DNA of 64,000 nucleotides from an uncultured Bacilli bacterium (GTDB taxonomy: Bacteria; Bacillota_I; Bacilli_A; RFN20; CAG-631): NCBI GenBank assembly GCA_947599835.1, contig CANQFQ010000002.1, positions 35,402-99,401 on the forward strand, written 5' to 3'. The notes below the pieces were generated by a model, which made no database searches, had not been told where the DNA came from, and saw nothing but the letters and a program-made list of their open reading frames with translations. Positions 18,506 to 27,152 of this stretch are shown here, one piece after another. Position 1 is the first letter of the stretch; each line of letters opens with the position of its first letter. The position numbers were made by a program, and so were the translations under genes.

Positions 18506-19381
18506 ATGGATATTCGGCAATTACAATATTTTGTCAGTGTTGTACAAGAAGGAAATATTTCTAAAGCTGCTAAGGCATTAAGCATTAGTCAGCCTCCATT
18601 AAGTCATGCAATTAAATTGCTTGAACAAGAATTAAATACAACTTTATTTATTCGAGGCTCAAGAAACATCACTTTAACTGAAACGGGTAAAGTCTTATAT
18701 GCAAAAGCGATCAATTTAATCGAATTGCATAAGCAAAGTATTAAAGAAATTAACGATATTGAAAGAAATGTCCAAGGCAATATTGCTTTAGGTTGCATTT
18801 CTTCAGCTCATATGTTTTTACTTGAAAAAGGAATTTTGCCTTTTTTTAAAGAACATCCTCAAGTGACTTATGAACTGTATGAAAAAAACACCTATGAATT
18901 GATTGAATTACTGCAGGCAAATTTAATTGAATTCGCATTGGTTAGAAGTCCCTTCTCATCGACACATCTTGAAGTTGAAGAATTAAACGAAGAACCCCTA
19001 GTGGCAGTCTTTAATCAAGAAGCTTTTGCCATTCAAAAGGACGTTGTTTCAATTTATAAATTACAAGATATGCCATTCATATTTTATCGTAGATTTTATC
19101 AAGTTTTAGATTCTATATTTCAAAAGAAAAAGATTTTACCAAGAATTATTTGCCAATGTGATGATGCACGAAGTGCTATTTTATGGGCAAGTCAAAAAAT
19201 GGGGATTGCCATTGTTCCGTTTTCAGCGACAAAATACATTACTAATGAAAATACAAAGTTCGTTTATATCCAAGATTTGAATATTCTTTCAAAAATGGCA
19301 ATCATTTATAAAAAGAATCATTATCTAAGTCAATCCGCCCAAGCAATGATCCAAACCATTAAAAATCATTTATCGCTTTGA
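18506..19381 (+). CDS. LysR family transcriptional regulator
   Basis: N-terminal HTH MDIRQLQYFVSVVQEGNISKAAKALSISQPPLSHAIKLLE…; 291 aa; divergently arranged with ABC exporter pair. Confidence 0.85.
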   Translation: MDIRQLQYFVSVVQEGNISKAAKALSISQPPLSHAIKLLEQELNTTLFIRGSRNITLTETGKVLYAKAINLIELHKQSIKEINDIERNVQGNIALGCISSAHMFLLEKGILPFFKEHPQVTYELYEKNTYELIELLQANLIEFALVRSPFSSTHLEVEELNEEPLVAVFNQEAFAIQKDVVSIYKLQDMPFIFYRRFYQVLDSIFQKKKILPRIICQCDDARSAILWASQKMGIAIVPFSATKYITNENTKFVYIQDLNILSKMAIIYKKNHYLSQSAQAMIQTIKNHLSL

Positions 19382-19416
19382 TGCATTGATGCCAGCATAG
19401 ATTCTACTGAGTTAAA

Positions 19417-19445
19417 TTGACAAAAAAGTTCATTATAGGTATAAT
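19417..19445 (+). promoter_or_regulatory. sigma-A promoter TTGACA-17-TATAAT (perfect consensus) for LRR lipoprotein gene
   Basis: TTGACA 19417-19422, 17-nt spacer, TATAAT 19440-19445. Confidence 0.6.
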
Positions 19446-19477
19446 TTATGCGTCATTTTATGAAAGGAATGTCGGTT

Positions 19478-21475
19478 ATGAAACAATTAAAATTACTTTT
19501 ATGTCTTGTGCTTTTTGGAGGTACCATTTTAACGGGTACAAGTTGTACGAAAAAAAGTAAAACACAGCAAGAAATCAATTTAGGAATGACCCAAAATAAA
19601 GTCCAAACAATTTTAGGAAAAGCAGACAAAGTAAATGAAAATACATGGTATTATTATGATGCTAAAATTGTACAAAAAGAAAAGTCTTATTATCATTCTA
19701 TCAATCAAAATGATTCAAACAAAGCCAATGAAATTTTAGATGATTTGAAATCAATGACTTATTCATATACTTTAATTCGGTTTAATGAAGAAAATAATGT
19801 AAAAGAAGTTTTCGTCGATAAAAAACATCATTATAGTTTGGATAATGAATATGAATCTGTTCAAAAAGAACTAAAAAATGTGAATTTATCGGCAAATTTA
19901 ATTAATTACTATCTGAAGGGCGTGGATCAAAAGAAAACCATTGTAGATGGTTCATTAGATACTTTAACTTATCATGCCACATTTACAGATGGTAGTAGTA
20001 TGAAAAACTATCTGGATTTGGAAAATTGTATTCTTCAATTTGATAGTTTAGCACATCTTACTTGGTCTGATGCAATTTGTAATTACGAATCTTCCGTTAA
20101 AGCAGAAAATGTCGGTCAATTGGATGAAAATCAACGATTAACTTCATGGAAACAAAAGGGCAAAGTAGTACTTCCTGAAGATACCCTTGAAATTGTGGAT
20201 CATTTGTTTGAAAATCGGAATGATGTTTCTTCTATCATTTTACCAAAATCCTTGAAAAAAATTGGAAACGATGCTTTTTTAAATTGTAGCCAATTGCATG
20301 CCGTTTATTTTAATGGAACATTGAAGGATTGGTTAGGTATTCAATTTTCGAATGCGACATCCAACCCAATGAATTGTAAGGCCAATTTTTTCATTGGCAA
20401 TGAATTAGTTCAATCGATTGAAATTCCCGATACGATTAATGAATTAAATTATACTTTTAATGGATGCCTTTCATTAGAAGAAGTGACATTAAATCAATCT
20501 GTTTTAAAAATTGGAAAAGACACGTTTGCTCATTGTGAAAATATTAAGAAAGTGAATTATGTAGGTACCAATATTACAATCGCTGATTGGAATGCGATTA
20601 CATTTGAAAATGCCAGTTCAAATCCCTTACATTCAGGTGCGGATTTGTATTTTAATGATGAATTAGTGAGTGAAATTGAAATCGATTCTACAATGACGAC
20701 GCTTAATGCCTATGCATTTATGGGTTGTACTTCATTAACCCAAGTTACTTTTAAAGAAAATAGTCAGTTGCAAGCCATTCGAACTTCTGCTTTTGAAAAT
20801 TGTCGTTCATTAATTCACTTTCAATTACCAGATACGATAAATACGATTGAAGCGAATGCTTTTGCTGGTTGTCAAAAACTCGTTTTAAATGAATATGAAA
20901 ATAGTTTATATTTAGGTAATGAAATACATCCATATTTGGTTTTAGTAAGTGCAAAAAATATGAATATTTCCACGACTTCGATTCATTTTGATACCTTTAT
21001 GATTTTAGATAATGCATTTAAGTCTTGTTCTAAACTGACCCGCATTGAAATTTCTGAAAAAATACAATTTATAGGAAACGAAGCTTTTGCACATTGTATT
21101 TCATTAAAAGAAGTATCTTTTTCAAATGATAGTCAGTTGGTTAAACTTGAAAATTCAACTTTTTATCATTGCAGTGCATTAGAAAATATTGTTTTACCTC
21201 ATTCCATTGTTGATATCGGTACGAGTGCATTTGCTTATTGTGAGCAACTCAAAACCATTCAAATATCCGATCAATTAAAGTGTATTCAAACAACGGCTTT
21301 TGCGTGGTGCACGCATTTGACAAGTATCACCATTCCAGCAACGACGACCACTATTGGCGCGCATGCTTTTTATCAATGTCAATCCTTAACGATTTTATGT
21401 GCAACCTCGAGTGCCTTGGAAAGTTGGGATAGTGATTGGAATAGTAGTGATTGTCCAGTGCAATACCAAGCATAA
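19478..21475 (+). CDS. cell-surface lipoprotein with BspA-type leucine-rich repeats (LRR_5-like)
   Basis: signal peptide and lipobox LTGTSC; C-terminal two-thirds made of ~22-24 aa repeats of type I…IP.S/TI..IG..AF..C..L..I (e.g. IGNDAFLNCSQL, IGNEAFAHCISLKEV); start ATG 19478 (AAAGGAA RBS) preferred over 19448. Confidence 0.75.
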   Translation: MKQLKLLLCLVLFGGTILTGTSCTKKSKTQQEINLGMTQNKVQTILGKADKVNENTWYYYDAKIVQKEKSYYHSINQNDSNKANEILDDLKSMTYSYTLIRFNEENNVKEVFVDKKHHYSLDNEYESVQKELKNVNLSANLINYYLKGVDQKKTIVDGSLDTLTYHATFTDGSSMKNYLDLENCILQFDSLAHLTWSDAICNYESSVKAENVGQLDENQRLTSWKQKGKVVLPEDTLEIVDHLFENRNDVSSIILPKSLKKIGNDAFLNCSQLHAVYFNGTLKDWLGIQFSNATSNPMNCKANFFIGNELVQSIEIPDTINELNYTFNGCLSLEEVTLNQSVLKIGKDTFAHCENIKKVNYVGTNITIADWNAITFENASSNPLHSGADLYFNDELVSEIEIDSTMTTLNAYAFMGCTSLTQVTFKENSQLQAIRTSAFENCRSLIHFQLPDTINTIEANAFAGCQKLVLNEYENSLYLGNEIHPYLVLVSAKNMNISTTSIHFDTFMILDNAFKSCSKLTRIEISEKIQFIGNEAFAHCISLKEVSFSNDSQLVKLENSTFYHCSALENIVLPHSIVDIGTSAFAYCEQLKTIQISDQLKCIQTTAFAWCTHLTSITIPATTTTIGAHAFYQCQSLTILCATSSALESWDSDWNSSDCPVQYQA

Positions 21476-21505
21476 ACAAAGATAATTTTCAAATTGTAAA
21501 AATTC

Positions 21506-21542
21506 GCAGTATATTGCTATGCAATATGCTGTTTTTGTTTTT
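21506..21542. terminator. Rho-independent terminator after LRR lipoprotein gene (possibly bidirectional)
   Basis: GCAGTATATTGC-tat-GCAATATGCTG hairpin (10/12 bp) followed by TTTTTGTTTTTT. Confidence 0.55.
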
Positions 21543-21618
21543 TAAAGAAGTAAGACATAAAAAAAGCCATCGAATCGATCATTCAATAGCTTTGAAGATA
21601 AAAAATCAAATTTCAGTT

Positions 21619-22191
21619 TTATTCTGCCCGGGTTTTATTGATAATTTTAATGACTTGCAAAATGCTTGGAGATAAAATAGCACTTAAAGCAAATTCAATG
21701 ATAAAATTCCAACCAATCATCCCTAGAAAAATATAAGTATAAACATTGCTGCCACCGGCAAAAGTTTTAGTAAGAGAAGCAAAAATGGTCATACAAGCGA
21801 TCGCAAATAATAAAGAATTAATGACTGGAATCATCAAAGAAGCTACGACAGTGGCTAGTACAAAATTAAATTTATTGAGTCCTTTAAAAATCCACCCTGC
21901 AGCAAAACCCGCCAATCCAGTTTTTAAAATGCATACCAGTATCGTGGCAAAGGCATTAAAACTAAGAAAAGTTGATGTGCCTGGTGCTGTTAAAACCACA
22001 ATTCCCAAAATAGCACCAAGAATAAAACCGCTTGTGGGTCCAAAAATAATTGCCCCAATAGCGACAGGAATTAATGCCAAAGTAATACTATTGACAAATA
22101 CAATATAATTCGAAATTAATTGTAAAACGACAACAATAGCGGCTAGCATGGCAGTGCCGACTAGCCTTTGAATCACTACTCGATTTTTCAT
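21619..22191 (-). CDS. ECF transporter substrate-specific (S) component, substrate unknown
   Basis: ~190-aa 5-6 TM protein with S-component-like pattern (…AIIFGPTSGFILGAILG…); start ATG 22191 (AAGGAA RBS) preferred over track start 22275; no EcfA/EcfT genes adjacent. Confidence 0.6.
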   Translation of the reverse strand: MKNRVVIQRLVGTAMLAAIVVVLQLISNYIVFVNSITLALIPVAIGAIIFGPTSGFILGAILGIVVLTAPGTSTFLSFNAFATILVCILKTGLAGFAAGWIFKGLNKFNFVLATVVASLMIPVINSLLFAIACMTIFASLTKTFAGGSNVYTYIFLGMIGWNFIIEFALSAILSPSILQVIKIINKTRAE

Positions 22192-22275
22192 TTTTTTATT
22201 TTCCTTTCTTTTTAGGCCATCGAATGGTCCCCTAAGAGATGTAATAATTATAAAAAAATCATAATGAAAATGCAA

Positions 22276-23964
22276 TTAATAATGTAATTTTTTTAATATG
22301 GATTTTAATTCATCTGCATTGACTTTTAAGACTTGGCGATCATAAGTAAGTAAACCATTTGTCTCCTCTTCAACGTCACTCAATTGTGTATAAATACATG
22401 CACATAATCCTCGATGAATGGCAGGAATAATTTGTTTTTCATATAGTTTTAAAATCGCATTTTGATAGGCTTTAGCCCTTTTAAAAAATTTATAACCATA
22501 AGTTTTATTTAAACTATAAATGTGATTTTTACATTGATAGGCATAACCCCCAAATTCACTTAAGGTAATGGGGCGTACGTCTGATTTCCATTTTATTTTA
22601 TGAAAGTAAATATGTAAACTTTTTACATCACTTGCACCATAATCTACCCAACCGCTGGTGGTATCAATTATTCTTGTCGGATCCCATTTTTTGACTTTTT
22701 GATATAATTTTTGACTACAAAATTGACCCCACCCTTCATTGAAAATCGTCCACAAGATAATGGAAGGAAAGGGTTTTAATAAGGCGATGGTCTGTTGACT
22801 ATGTTCGATAAAAATTTTGCGTGATTTTGGATTTTTATGATTGCATTCATCCGCATGGGGGATTTCTGGTGCATAGGTTGTTGTTCCATTATTTACCATA
22901 TCTTGCCATACCAGCATTCCGAGTTTATCACAAAGATAGTAAAATAAACGAGGCTCTATTTTGATATGTTTTCTTAAAGTATTAAATCCTAGACTTTTCA
23001 TTTTTAAAATGTCATCTTCATAGGCTTTCCAGGTTGCAGGGGTGTAAAGACCATCACTAAAATAGCCTTGATCAAGTAGACCATTATTAAAGCAAGGCTG
23101 ATTATTTAAAAAAATCCGCGGATAATTTTGATACTTTTCGATGGTGACTTTGCGAAAAGCAAAATAAGAAAGAATTTTATCCGATGGTGTTTTTATTTCA
23201 ATTTGATATAAGAAGGGATCTTCACAACTCCAAGGATGAAATTCATCGATATGCAAGGTCACTTGCTTTTGTTGAATCCGTTTTTTATAAAGAATTTTTT
23301 GCTGGGCAAAAATCGTAATTTCAAATTGTTGACTCAAACTATCCATCGTTAAGGTCACATCGGAAGTATCAAAATGAACATCGATAGTCACGTTTTGAAT
23401 GTAATCTTTACTCACGGATTCTAGCCAGACACTTTGCCAAATGCCACTGCAAGGTGTATAAAAAGCACCCCCAGGGTGTTTCGTTTGTTTGCCATAGGGA
23501 TACAAAATACTGATAGGATTCGTTACAGTAACGATTAATTCATTATTTTCTTTTAAATTGGATGTAATATCGATTTCAAAAGGAAGATAAGCCCCTTGAT
23601 GTTCAAAAACTTGCTTGCCATTCAAATAAACTTTACAAAATTGCGATACGGCTTCAAAATGTAAGATTACTTTTTCTTGGATAAAGGAAGAAGGCAAATG
23701 AAACGATTTATGATAAATTAAAGTCTCATTTTTTTGCAGCTTTTTGCCCACTTGTGATAATAACGATTCGACACAAAAAGGAACACAAATTTTTCCTTGA
23801 TAATGGAGTTGTGTTAAATCATATTTTTTTAAAATCGCATAGTCCCATAGCCCATTTAAGGATAAAAAGGAATCGCGAATTAAATTTGGACGTGGGTATT
23901 CAGGCCAAGGATGATTCAAATCACATTGATCATAATAGGGAGTTTTAAGATGCACAGTATCCAT
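22276..23964 (-). CDS. glycoside hydrolase family 2-like protein (cytoplasmic)
   Basis: 562 aa, GH2-like sugar-binding/TIM-barrel signatures (WSCEDPFLYQIEI, WTIFNEGWGQ); no signal peptide; AGGTGA RBS. Confidence 0.55.
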   Translation of the reverse strand: MDTVHLKTPYYDQCDLNHPWPEYPRPNLIRDSFLSLNGLWDYAILKKYDLTQLHYQGKICVPFCVESLLSQVGKKLQKNETLIYHKSFHLPSSFIQEKVILHFEAVSQFCKVYLNGKQVFEHQGAYLPFEIDITSNLKENNELIVTVTNPISILYPYGKQTKHPGGAFYTPCSGIWQSVWLESVSKDYIQNVTIDVHFDTSDVTLTMDSLSQQFEITIFAQQKILYKKRIQQKQVTLHIDEFHPWSCEDPFLYQIEIKTPSDKILSYFAFRKVTIEKYQNYPRIFLNNQPCFNNGLLDQGYFSDGLYTPATWKAYEDDILKMKSLGFNTLRKHIKIEPRLFYYLCDKLGMLVWQDMVNNGTTTYAPEIPHADECNHKNPKSRKIFIEHSQQTIALLKPFPSIILWTIFNEGWGQFCSQKLYQKVKKWDPTRIIDTTSGWVDYGASDVKSLHIYFHKIKWKSDVRPITLSEFGGYAYQCKNHIYSLNKTYGYKFFKRAKAYQNAILKLYEKQIIPAIHRGLCACIYTQLSDVEEETNGLLTYDRQVLKVNADELKSILKKLHY

Positions 23965-23974
23965 TCGAATTCAC

Positions 23975-24613
23975 CTATTTTAGATTTAAGTAATGGATTA
24001 ATTCATCCATATGATCAAAAACTTTTGCATGTGTGGCTGCTAATCTATTTTTTGTAAAATGTCCATAACTCATTAAAACACAATCAGCATTTAAAGCTTT
24101 GGCAACTTCAAAATCGTGCGTTGAATCTCCAATACAAAGCATTTTTTGATTTTCTAAATGGTTTTCTTTTAACCAATTTTGTGCAATTTTGATTTTACTT
24201 TTAGCATAAATATTATCTAATCCTAAAATAAAATCAAAATAAGTATCAATCTTAAAATATTCAAGTTGCATTTTTAAATGATCGACTTGACTTGCAGAAA
24301 GACAAACTTGAAGGATCTTTTGCTCTTTAATTTTTGCTAAAACTTCTTCAATTTTAGGATATAAAGAACAGTGCAAACAATCCTTTTGATAAAGTTCCAT
24401 AAAACGTTTTGATAAGGCATCGTAATTGGAAACATCAAAACCCATATCACGATAATAATCTTTGACTGGAAAATAAAATTGGTTACGATATTTTTCCATG
24501 CTAGCTGGAGGTAAATGATTTTCTTTTAATAATTGTTCTAATATTTCATAGCATAATTGTACATCATCTAAAAGAGTTCCATTAAAGTCCCAAATCACAA
24601 TATTATAGTTCAT
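23975..24613 (-). CDS. HAD superfamily hydrolase (beta-phosphoglucomutase/phosphatase-like)
   Basis: motif I VIWDFNGTLLDD, motif IV CIGDSTHD; 10 nt upstream of GH2 gene, likely co-transcribed. Confidence 0.75.
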   Translation of the reverse strand: MNYNIVIWDFNGTLLDDVQLCYEILEQLLKENHLPPASMEKYRNQFYFPVKDYYRDMGFDVSNYDALSKRFMELYQKDCLHCSLYPKIEEVLAKIKEQKILQVCLSASQVDHLKMQLEYFKIDTYFDFILGLDNIYAKSKIKIAQNWLKENHLENQKMLCIGDSTHDFEVAKALNADCVLMSYGHFTKNRLAATHAKVFDHMDELIHYLNLK

Positions 24614-24736
24614 GCTAAACTCCTCCGTGTAAAGATAAAATCATTATAAACGAAATCAATAAAAAAAACAAAAAATAAAAAAATTTAAAAAAAGTATTGA
24701 ATTTCGATATACGATGTGGTTTAATATAATTACCAA

Positions 24737-24770
24737 GTGGAAGAAAATGGAGAAAAATGGTAGAAAAGGG
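24737..24770 (+). promoter_or_regulatory. array of 10-bp-periodic TGG direct repeats immediately upstream of mraZ (candidate MraZ operator)
   Basis: GTGGAAGAAA / ATGGAGAAAA / ATGGTAGAAA / AGGGAATAAA in exact 10-bp register ending at mraZ ATG; last repeat doubles as RBS. Confidence 0.45.
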
Positions 24771-24778
24771 AATAAAAA

Positions 24779-25234
24779 ATGGGCACAATTCAATTTAGAG
24801 GAAGATTTGAACATAATTTAGATGAAAAAGGCCGCATTATATTGCCTAGTACTTTTAGACAAAAACTTGGTGAAAATGCTGTTATGAGTTTAGGTCTTGA
24901 TGAAAGTACGATTACCATCTATCCAGAAGAAGAATGGAACAAGTTACAAGATTCTTTATCTGAAACGACATTACCCGATCCTGTCCTTCGCGACATTCAA
25001 ATTGTATTAAATACAAATGCGGTGGATGTGGAAATTGACAAACAAGGAAGAGTAAAGATTCCTGATTATTTATTAAATGTTGCTAAGATTACAAAGAATG
25101 TTTGTATCGTGGGAAATGCTTCCAAGATAGAAATCCGTGATCTTGATACTTGGAATCAAAAAATAGGTAATGCTTTAAAAGTTTATAACAAAAATATTGA
25201 TCACCTAGCGAAAAGAAATCAGAAAAAGGAGTAA
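24779..25234 (+). CDS. mraZ: transcriptional regulator MraZ
   Basis: 151 aa, two DXXXR-containing SpoVT/AbrB-like repeats (…LDEKGRIILP…, …DKQGRVKIP…); first gene of dcw-type cluster. Confidence 0.88.
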   Translation: MGTIQFRGRFEHNLDEKGRIILPSTFRQKLGENAVMSLGLDESTITIYPEEEWNKLQDSLSETTLPDPVLRDIQIVLNTNAVDVEIDKQGRVKIPDYLLNVAKITKNVCIVGNASKIEIRDLDTWNQKIGNALKVYNKNIDHLAKRNQKKE

Positions 25235-25240
25235 TACACG

Positions 25241-26170
25241 ATGGAATTCAAACACATTTCCGTGATGCGACACGAAAGTATCGAATTCTTAAATGTAAAA
25301 TCCGATGGAATTTATGTTGATGGTACGCTTGGTGCCGGAGGGCATAGTAGTCTTATTTTGAATGGCTTAAGAAATGGACACTTATATGCCTTTGATAAAG
25401 ACGTTGAGGCAATCGAAGCAGCCGATCAAGTATTAAAAACGATTTCGAATCATTACACGCTCATTCATCGCGATAATCGCGAAATTCGGGATGCATTAGC
25501 TGAATATGGTGTTTCAAAGGTCGATGGTATTTTGTTAGACCTTGGAGTATCTTCCTATCAATTTGATAATTCAGAAAGAGGCTTCTCTTATCGAAGTAAT
25601 GCAAGATTAGATATGCGGATGGATCGAAGCAGTTATTTAGATGCCTACCAAGTGGTAAACACTTATTCTTATGAAAGATTGAGCAAACTTTTATTTGAAT
25701 ATGGTGAAGAACCTTATGCTCGTCAAATCGCTAAAAAAATTTGTGAAAAAAGACGCATAAAACCGATAGAAACGACATTTGATTTGGTAGAAATCATAAA
25801 AGAAACGCTTCCTAATCAACAAAAAAATAAAAAAGGCCATCCAGCAAAACAAGTCTTTCAAGCGATTCGAATTGAAGTCAATCATGAATTAGAAAGTTTA
25901 AAAAGTATTTTAAAAGTGGGTTTAGATATGCTAAATCCAAATGGACGATTTGTAGTAATTACTTTTCATTCATTAGAAGATCGAATAGTAAAAACGATTT
26001 TCAATGAAGCTGTTCGTGGGCCGAAATCAGTTAAAGGATTAGTCGATCTCAACCAAGGAACCGAAAAATTCCGATTAATTCTTAAAAAGCCTTTCGTTGC
26101 AACCGAACAAGAAATTGCTATGAATCCAAGGGCACATAGTGCCAAACTTAGAGTTATTGAAAAAATTTAG
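25241..26170 (+). CDS. rsmH: 16S rRNA (cytosine1402-N4)-methyltransferase
   Basis: 309 aa, SAM-binding DGTLGAGGHS motif, conserved position after mraZ. Confidence 0.9.
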   Translation: MEFKHISVMRHESIEFLNVKSDGIYVDGTLGAGGHSSLILNGLRNGHLYAFDKDVEAIEAADQVLKTISNHYTLIHRDNREIRDALAEYGVSKVDGILLDLGVSSYQFDNSERGFSYRSNARLDMRMDRSSYLDAYQVVNTYSYERLSKLLFEYGEEPYARQIAKKICEKRRIKPIETTFDLVEIIKETLPNQQKNKKGHPAKQVFQAIRIEVNHELESLKSILKVGLDMLNPNGRFVVITFHSLEDRIVKTIFNEAVRGPKSVKGLVDLNQGTEKFRLILKKPFVATEQEIAMNPRAHSAKLRVIEKI

Positions 26171-26186
26171 GAAAGGGGTGTACAAG

Positions 26187-26420
26187 ATGAGATATGTAAA
26201 TTTAAAAAAGCAAAGAACTTCTAAATTAGAAAATAATTCTAAAAAATTTGCCATCATAGGTTTTGTTACATTATTATTTACAGCCCTTCTTGTATTGCCT
26301 GCAACACGCCAATTAGAAGCTTCAAATTCTGCTACGCAAGATAGCAACTTGCAATTGGAAAATAATGTGATCACAACCGACGGCGATGTTTATAATTTCC
26401 TAGAATCCGTTCAAAATTAA
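26187..26420 (+). CDS. FtsL-like small bitopic membrane protein (cell-division protein candidate)
   Basis: 77 aa with single TM FAIIGFVTLLFTALLVL, in the FtsL position after rsmH; start ATG 26187 with GAAAGGGG RBS (track start 26139 unlikely). Confidence 0.5.
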   Translation: MRYVNLKKQRTSKLENNSKKFAIIGFVTLLFTALLVLPATRQLEASNSATQDSNLQLENNVITTDGDVYNFLESVQN

Positions 26421-26480
26421 TTTTAAATTTTTTAGTTTTTATAATAGTTTTTCTTTAAATATTTTATTTTTATTTTTCTT

Positions 26481-26512
26481 AAAGGTATCTGTGGCTAGGA
26501 TACCTTTTTTGT
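26481..26512 (+). terminator. Rho-independent terminator after mraZ-rsmH-ftsL-like operon
   Basis: AAAGGTATC / GATACCTTT 9-bp stem with 9-nt loop followed by TTTTTG. Confidence 0.6.
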
Positions 26513-26617
26513 ATATAAAGAAAGAAAAGCATTGAAAAAATACAGCAATTGAGTAAAATAATTGTGGTAGTCTATTCTAATATTTGATAAAATATTAAAA
26601 TAGAGAGGTGGATTTTT

Positions 26618-27130
26618 ATGGATTTAAATAAATATATTGCAACGATTCAAGATTTTCCTAAAGAAGGCATTTTATTTCGGGATATGACGCCTTTACTTCA
26701 AGATGGAAAAGCTTTTAAATATACGATTGATCAACTTGCAGATTTTGCACGTAATGCAGGTGCCGATGTCATTGTCGGCCCTGAAGCGAGAGGATTTATT
26801 TTTGGAACACCAGTAGCAAGTAAATTAGAAATTGGGTTTGTTCCTGTCCGTAAACCTAATAAATTACCTAGAGAAACAATTTGTTATGAATATGCCTTAG
26901 AATATGGCACAAATACACTACATATACATAAAGATGCCATCAAAAAGGGCCAAAAAGTGGTCATTATTGATGATTTGTTGGCTACAGGTGGAACCATTGA
27001 AGCTGCGATTCATTTAATCGAAGCTTTAGGCGGAATTGTTGTGGGTTGTGCTTTTTTAATTTGCCTAGATGCTCTTCATGGAGAAGAACGTTTAAAAAAA
27101 TATAAAACATTAAGTTTATTACATTATTAA
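26618..27130 (+). CDS. apt: adenine phosphoribosyltransferase
   Basis: 170 aa, PRPP-binding [13 protein letters not shown] motif, strong APRT-family similarity; RBS GAGAGGTGG. Confidence 0.92.
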   Translation: MDLNKYIATIQDFPKEGILFRDMTPLLQDGKAFKYTIDQLADFARNAGADVIVGPEARGFIFGTPVASKLEIGFVPVRKPNKLPRETICYEYALEYGTNTLHIHKDAIKKGQKVVIIDDLLATGGTIEAAIHLIEALGGIVVGCAFLICLDALHGEERLKKYKTLSLLHY

Positions 27131-27152
27131 ATGAATTGAAAGAAAGGTTATC

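Noticed and set aside
19478-21475. DNA-level tandem repeats or a CRISPR-like array within the LRR genes.
   Set aside because: Periodicity exists only at the protein level (~23-aa LRR units). The nucleotide sequences of the units are diverged, with no spacer-repeat architecture.
22192-22275. Possible riboswitch (FMN, TPP or preQ1) in the leader of the ECF S-component gene.
   Set aside because: The leader is only 84 nt and by eye lacks the conserved cores of these riboswitches. A small hairpin alone is insufficient evidence.
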